In this document: piece by piece, positions 59,583 through 64,000 of the stretch
How the letters are laid out: each line of letters begins with the position of its first letter
Numbering within the stretch: position 1 is the stretch's first letter
Assembly (NCBI GenBank): GCA_964538435.1
Contig: CAZIDX010000001.1
Span: 203,304 to 267,303, forward strand
Source: an uncultured Gammaproteobacteria bacterium
GTDB taxonomy: Bacteria; Patescibacteriota; Patescibacteriia; UBA9934; GWF2-40-263
Length of the DNA: 64,000 bases
Reading direction: 5' to 3'
Translations under genes and position numbers: made by a program
The notes under the pieces: generated by a model
What the model was told of the DNA's origin: nothing
The model's input: the letters and a program-made list of their open reading frames with translations, nothing else
Database searches by the model: none

Positions 59583-59832
59583 CGAAAAGCGTTTAGCGTT
59601 TAGCGGCTAGCGAGGAGGCTTCTCACTATTCGCTATACGCTACTCGCTCCCTAAACACTAAATCCAACCAAGAAACTAAACCCAACCATGCTCAGAATCA
59701 CCATGATCCCAACCACAGTCCAGAACATACGAACCTTCTTTGAACGTTTCATAAAAATCTTTCTTCTCCCATCAAGACGATGGGATTGTTACTTACCATG
59801 ATGGATCGCCGCATTATTGACCAAATACCGTA

Positions 59833-59925
59833 CGAAATGCTGCGTGAATATTTCGCGAGGTGGTGGTCGTCTATACTGCGCGACGGCCCGGCTCCGCCGA
59901 GTGGAATATTCACGCAGCATTTCGA
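59833..59925. repeat. 20-bp perfect inverted repeat CGAAATGCTGCGTGAATATT with a 53-nt GC-rich loop, immediately downstream of lepA
   Basis: Arms at 59833-59852 and 59906-59925 are exact reverse complements. Confidence 0.65.
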
Positions 59926-59936
59926 ACTCAAGCGCA

Positions 59937-61751
59937 TTACTGATCTCTTTTCAAGACCTTAAGATACGCATCCGTAGGAATATTAACCTTACCTCTACCC
60001 ATCGCCGCCATCTTAGCCTTCCCCTTCTTTTGCTTCTCCAAAAGCTTTCGCTTTCGCGTAACATCTCCACCATACAATCCAGCGGTAACATCCTTTCGAA
60101 CTGCAGAGATTCGCTCACTAGCAACTATCTTACCACCAATCGCAGCCTGCAGCTTAATAACAAAGTTTTGACGAGGAATATTTTCTTTAAGTGACTTCAC
60201 AATCCGCCGACCAGCTTTTGCTGCTTCATCACGATAAACAAGAGTTGAAAACGAATCCACAGGATCTTCAGCTACCAAAATATCCATCCGAACAACATCA
60301 GCAGTCCGATAATCAATGATTTCGTAATTCAGTGATGCATACCCTGAGGTCACCCCTTTCAGCTTGTCGTAAAAATCAACAATGATCATTGAGAGTGGGA
60401 TTTCATAATGCAAAATCGCACGATCCCCAGCCAAATATTCCGTATTCTGATATACACCACGCCGCTCCTGTACAAGCTGCATCACAGCCCCCACATACTC
60501 AGAAGGAGCAACAATATCAACCTTCACCCACGGCTCATCAATATGGTCAACATGTGACGGATCAGGAAGTTCAAGCGGACTCTTGATCATCCGATGCTCT
60601 CCATTGCGCAAGTAAATCTCATACGCAACAGAAGGAACTGTAACAACAAGATCAATGTTGAACTCTCGCTCAAGCCGCTCTTTTAAAATCTCAAGATGAA
60701 GCATTCCAAGCAAACCGCACCTAAATCCATACCCAAGCGCAGGCGAGTGCTCTGACTCATACACAAGCGCAGAGTCATTCAGTTTTAATCGCTCGATCGC
60801 CTCGCGTAAACGATGAAAGTCATCACCTTCCTGTGGAAAAATACCCGCAAACACCATTGGCTTAACCTCCTTGTATCCAGAAAGTGCCTCAGGTTCATTC
60901 TCAACAACATTTGTAATCGTATCACCCACGCGACAAGCACTGATATCCTTGAGCCCAGTCACAACATATCCAATCTGCCCAGTACCAAGCACTGGCGTAG
61001 CCTTAAGCCCACCTGGCGTCACCGCACCTGTCTCAAGCACCTGAGCGTCTCCTCGTGTTGCCATCATCTTCATCTTCTTTCCTTTTTCAAGCACACCATC
61101 CATCACACGAACATACGCCATCACTCCACGATAATCATCATAAAACGAATCAAAAATAAGTGCGCGCGCTGAAACCGCTTCCTGTCCCTTTGGAGCTGGA
61201 ATGCGTTTCACAATCTCATCCAAAAGCTCTGGCACACCTTCACCTGTCTTCCCGCTCACAGCCAAAATCTCATCGCGCTCACAGCCAATAAGCTGCACAA
61301 GCTCCTCTGACCGAGCCTCAACATCAGACGCAGGCAAGTCAATCTTGTTAAGAACCGGAATGATCTCGAGATTCTCCTCAAGCGCTAAGTAAAGATTCCC
61401 AATCGTCTGAGCCTGCACACCCTGAGTAGAGTCAACAAGCAAAATCGCACCCTCAACCGCAGCAAGCGAACGTGACACTTCATAATTAAAGTCCACATGC
61501 CCAGGCGTGTCGATAAGGTTCAAAGTGAACCCATCATGCTCCATCCGAGCCGGAGCAAGCTTAATCGTAATCCCTTTCTCACGCTCAAGCTCCATTGAGT
61601 CCAAAATCTGCTCCTTCATCTTCCGCTTGTCTACAGCACCCGTAACTTCAAGAAGCCGATCCGAAAGGGTCGACTTACCATGATCAATATGCGCAATAAT
61701 GCAAAAATTTCTAATCTTTTCTTGTGGAATTCGTTCAGTCATAGTCGCCAC
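59937..61751 (-). CDS. lepA: Elongation factor 4
   Basis: G-domain AHIDHGKST, DTPGHVDF, NKID plus the LepA C-terminal region. Confidence 0.9.
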   Translation of the reverse strand: MATMTERIPQEKIRNFCIIAHIDHGKSTLSDRLLEVTGAVDKRKMKEQILDSMELEREKGITIKLAPARMEHDGFTLNLIDTPGHVDFNYEVSRSLAAVEGAILLVDSTQGVQAQTIGNLYLALEENLEIIPVLNKIDLPASDVEARSEELVQLIGCERDEILAVSGKTGEGVPELLDEIVKRIPAPKGQEAVSARALIFDSFYDDYRGVMAYVRVMDGVLEKGKKMKMMATRGDAQVLETGAVTPGGLKATPVLGTGQIGYVVTGLKDISACRVGDTITNVVENEPEALSGYKEVKPMVFAGIFPQEGDDFHRLREAIERLKLNDSALVYESEHSPALGYGFRCGLLGMLHLEILKERLEREFNIDLVVTVPSVAYEIYLRNGEHRMIKSPLELPDPSHVDHIDEPWVKVDIVAPSEYVGAVMQLVQERRGVYQNTEYLAGDRAILHYEIPLSMIIVDFYDKLKGVTSGYASLNYEIIDYRTADVVRMDILVAEDPVDSFSTLVYRDEAAKAGRRIVKSLKENIPRQNFVIKLQAAIGGKIVASERISAVRKDVTAGLYGGDVTRKRKLLEKQKKGKAKMAAMGRGKVNIPTDAYLKVLKRDQ

Positions 61752-61859
61752 AATCCTACCTGAAAACTGGTATTTAGTCGAGATTAAAGTCTAACATCCA
61801 AAGCTAGACGTCCAAAGTTAGACTTTGAATCAGAAAAGCGACCCTGCGTGGATCGCTCG

Positions 61860-62186
61860 TCACATGATGATGGTGAATCCAGGGCCTGTGTACGACGGTC
61901 GCTCCCATGGATACGGGAAAATGTACGGATCACGGTTGGGATGGTCAGTGAGTTCGACCCACTCCCGATACTCTTGCATGCACTCCGCCTCTTCGGACTC
62001 AGTGAGATCCTCTTGGCCCGCACAGGTCGGTGCAGGATCGTTGTAGTGAGCACAGTAACGCTCCCAGCTGGCATTCTTGGGCTCCTCACACCCAAGAGGC
62101 AGCTGCTCCTCTTCTTCCTGCTCGACCGTCGCGCAGCCGTAGAGCAGAATCACGCCCATCATGATCATCAGGAGTCCCCGGTTCAT
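61860..62186 (-). CDS. Small acidic Cys-containing lipoprotein (high GC, lipobox LYGCA)
   Basis: MNRGLLMIMMGVILLYGCA. Confidence 0.45.
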   Translation of the reverse strand: MNRGLLMIMMGVILLYGCATVEQEEEEQLPLGCEEPKNASWERYCAHYNDPAPTCAGQEDLTESEEAECMQEYREWVELTDHPNRDPYIFPYPWERPSYTGPGFTIIM

Positions 62187-62281
62187 ATCTCTCTCCTAGA
62201 TAGGGTTCAGATAAACCCTCGCATAAATATTCTAGCTCGTCAATTAGAAAACCCCGACCGAAGTCGAGGTCCGTGCCTAGA

Positions 62282-62803
62282 TCAGGTGACCCAGGGCATT
62301 TGCGAACGATATCTGCCCTCGAGCACACCGATCAGTGCCTTGCGCGCACTCGGCAGATCCTTGGCATGCACACGGATGTTCATGCGCCTGGAATCGTCCT
62401 TGGTGGGACTGGTCGAGATCACAGCCCCCACCCTGCCATCATCGCTCTTCCAGGTCCCAGGCTTGAGGGCCTTCTCGTCAGTGCGATACACCGTGACCCA
62501 GCTCTCGAGCTGCACGTCGCGCACCGGAACACCCTCGAACTTGCTCTCCACGAACAGCTGATCGCAGGTCGGATCGATCGCCAGGTCCAGACGCGCACAC
62601 AGCGTACCATCGTGCCTGCGCATGATCGTGTCCCCCTCACGGAACTTGTTCACCGGCATGAGCCAAGGAACCTTGCTCTGCTCGAGCTGCTCACGAAACT
62701 CCCCAAGCGGAAGATCCTTGCGCCCGCTGGTTGGCATCTGACATTTGCTCGGATCCATCCCAACAGCCTTCGGATCCATGATGACGAAAACCTGTCCGTA
62801 CAT
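62282..62803 (-). CDS. Hypothetical protein (high GC)
   Basis: Intact ORF. Terminator with the TTTTCTAATTG motif downstream. Confidence 0.4.
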   Translation of the reverse strand: MYGQVFVIMDPKAVGMDPSKCQMPTSGRKDLPLGEFREQLEQSKVPWLMPVNKFREGDTIMRRHDGTLCARLDLAIDPTCDQLFVESKFEGVPVRDVQLESWVTVYRTDEKALKPGTWKSDDGRVGAVISTSPTKDDSRRMNIRVHAKDLPSARKALIGVLEGRYRSQMPWVT

Positions 62804-62926
62804 GCAATTTCCCCAATCGAGTTCTCAACAGCCGGACGTTGCGTGCCCCCAAGCACCTCATGTGCTTAGCAACCACAAGATCATGCCAAATCCTCAACAA
62901 AACGTCAAGAAAAGAAAAACCCAGAC

Positions 62927-63319
62927 TTACGCCTGAGCAGAGCCGCCGAACGCATCGGCGGGTGTGATGTTCTCTCCAGGAGCATGGAGCTTGAACGATG
63001 GCGTGTCACCAACCACGATGAGAATTGATTCATCCTCGAGTCGATGCGGAGTGCTGTCACAGAGCGGAACCAGCGGAGAATTGAGCCCATCACCAGACTT
63101 GATGATGTGAGGCCGCGCATCAACCATTCCCCGATACGCCACCCACTCCGGACGAAAAAGCACAGAGTCACCCACTCGAACCATGGCACCCATGGGACCT
63201 CGAAACAGCATGATCGGACCGAGCTTCAACACAACCTCAAAATCAAGCCCTCTCACACTGAATTCATAGAGCAACTCATCCCAGTCCATAGGACCCACCC
63301 GAATCATTGAACCATCCAT
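62927..63319 (-). CDS. Hypothetical protein (high GC)
   Basis: Intact 130-aa ORF. Confidence 0.4.
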   Translation of the reverse strand: MDGSMIRVGPMDWDELLYEFSVRGLDFEVVLKLGPIMLFRGPMGAMVRVGDSVLFRPEWVAYRGMVDARPHIIKSGDGLNSPLVPLCDSTPHRLEDESILIVVGDTPSFKLHAPGENITPADAFGGSAQA

Positions 63320-63471
63320 CGCGCTTCACCTCCTAGCAACATTCACAGATAACGACCATACCAAAACCCGCAAATCCGTCAAACCAACACCCAGTGTCCA
63401 ACACTGGATGCCCAACACTGGATGTTGAATTAGAAAAGCGTACCGTATTACCGATACGCTCCGTTGGTGGC

Positions 63472-64000
63472 CTAGGCCACCTTGATCTCGATCGAGTCCA
63501 GGGCTTGCCCCAGATCCCAGATCAGATCCTTCTCCGCCTCGGCTCCGACCGAGAGCCGGATCATGTTCTCGGTGATCCCGATGCGCTCCTGGTCCTCATT
63601 GGACACATCCGAGTGTGTGTGCCAGGCAGGTGCCTCAGCCAGCGTGATTGTCCCACCCAGACTCACAGCCAGACGGGCAATCTTCAGCCTGTTGAGCACC
63701 CTGAAGATGTCTTCCTTGCCACCCTTGACCGTGAAGGACATGAGCGACCCACCGCCACGACACTGCTCCTTGAAACGCCGCATCTGCTCCTCATCCTGCT
63801 CGAACCCAGGGTAGTAGACCTTGTCCACTGCCGGATGTTCGTGCAGGAACCGAGCGATCCGCTGCGCCCGCGCCTGAGTCCACTCGATGCGCATGTGCAG
63901 AGTCTCGAGACTGCGAAGCAGCATCCAGGCCGTGTGCACACCGATCACCGTACCCAGAATCGTACGGAACGCCTTGAGTAGAGTGATCTGTTCGATGCTC
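63472..64000 (-). CDS. Cystathionine gamma-synthase/beta-lyase-family PLP enzyme, C-terminal part (gene continues beyond the window end)
   Basis: …HPAVDKVYYPGF… GGSLMSFTVKGG… SLGGTITLAEAPAWHTH… LIRLSVGAEAEKDLIWDL… Reading frame is open through 64000. Confidence 0.65.
   Translation of the reverse strand, partial: SIEQITLLKAFRTILGTVIGVHTAWMLLRSLETLHMRIEWTQARAQRIARFLHEHPAVDKVYYPGFEQDEEQMRRFKEQCRGGGSLMSFTVKGGKEDIFRVLNRLKIARLAVSLGGTITLAEAPAWHTHSDVSNEDQERIGITENMIRLSVGAEAEKDLIWDLGQALDSIEIKVA

Noticed and set aside
63394-63981. 195-aa plus-strand ORF
   Set aside because: Antisense to the PLP-enzyme gene in high-GC DNA. The minus frame has the conserved Cys/Met-metabolism motifs.

Overview
This 64-kb window reads as a low-GC (~40-45%) compact bacterial chromosome, probably a small-genome Patescibacteria/CPR-like organism, though I cannot confirm taxonomy from sequence alone. 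Core genes include rpoD with a Lys-rich N-terminal extension, dnaG, ligA, gatCA, lepA, recJ, rnhA, lgt, greA, pilM/pilin/pilD, an ECF sigma/anti-sigma pair, a MacAB-like efflux system, ZIP and TSUP transporters, tRNA-Asn and tRNA-Ser. Two things overlie this backbone.

(1) An accessory island of about 10.4 kb (roughly 1410-11900) lies directly downstream of tRNA-Asn(GTT). It is bounded by duplicated flank segments and by solo or partial copies of the ends of an IS200-like (Y1/HUH) transposase element. The island carries a tightly packed minus-strand operon: an MmeI-like Type IIG restriction-modification enzyme, a DUF2779-like PD-(D/E)xK nuclease, and a zinc-ribbon protein of unknown function. 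It also carries a second uncharacterised four-gene module (arginase/deacetylase-fold metallohydrolase, two small proteins, and a coiled-coil protein with a C-terminal 2-TM region), whose first gene is N-terminally truncated by the IS element. I consider this four-gene module the best candidate for an undescribed defence-type system in the window.

(2) Six discrete high-GC (~58-62%) gene blocks are interspersed in the core. They are mostly hypothetical, exported or membrane proteins. Each ends in a GC hairpin followed by a conserved TTTTCT(A/G)AT motif, which suggests horizontally acquired segments that share a terminator signature.

Further oddities are listed in the findings: a tRNA-Asn 5'-half-like fragment interrupted by GC tetraloop hairpins, a REP-like repeat family at module boundaries, a 26-bp perfect inverted repeat (MITE-like), CTCACCATGGTGAG palindromes flanking a Cas2-like-fold gene, a ~320-nt possible ncRNA, and two apparently split genes.
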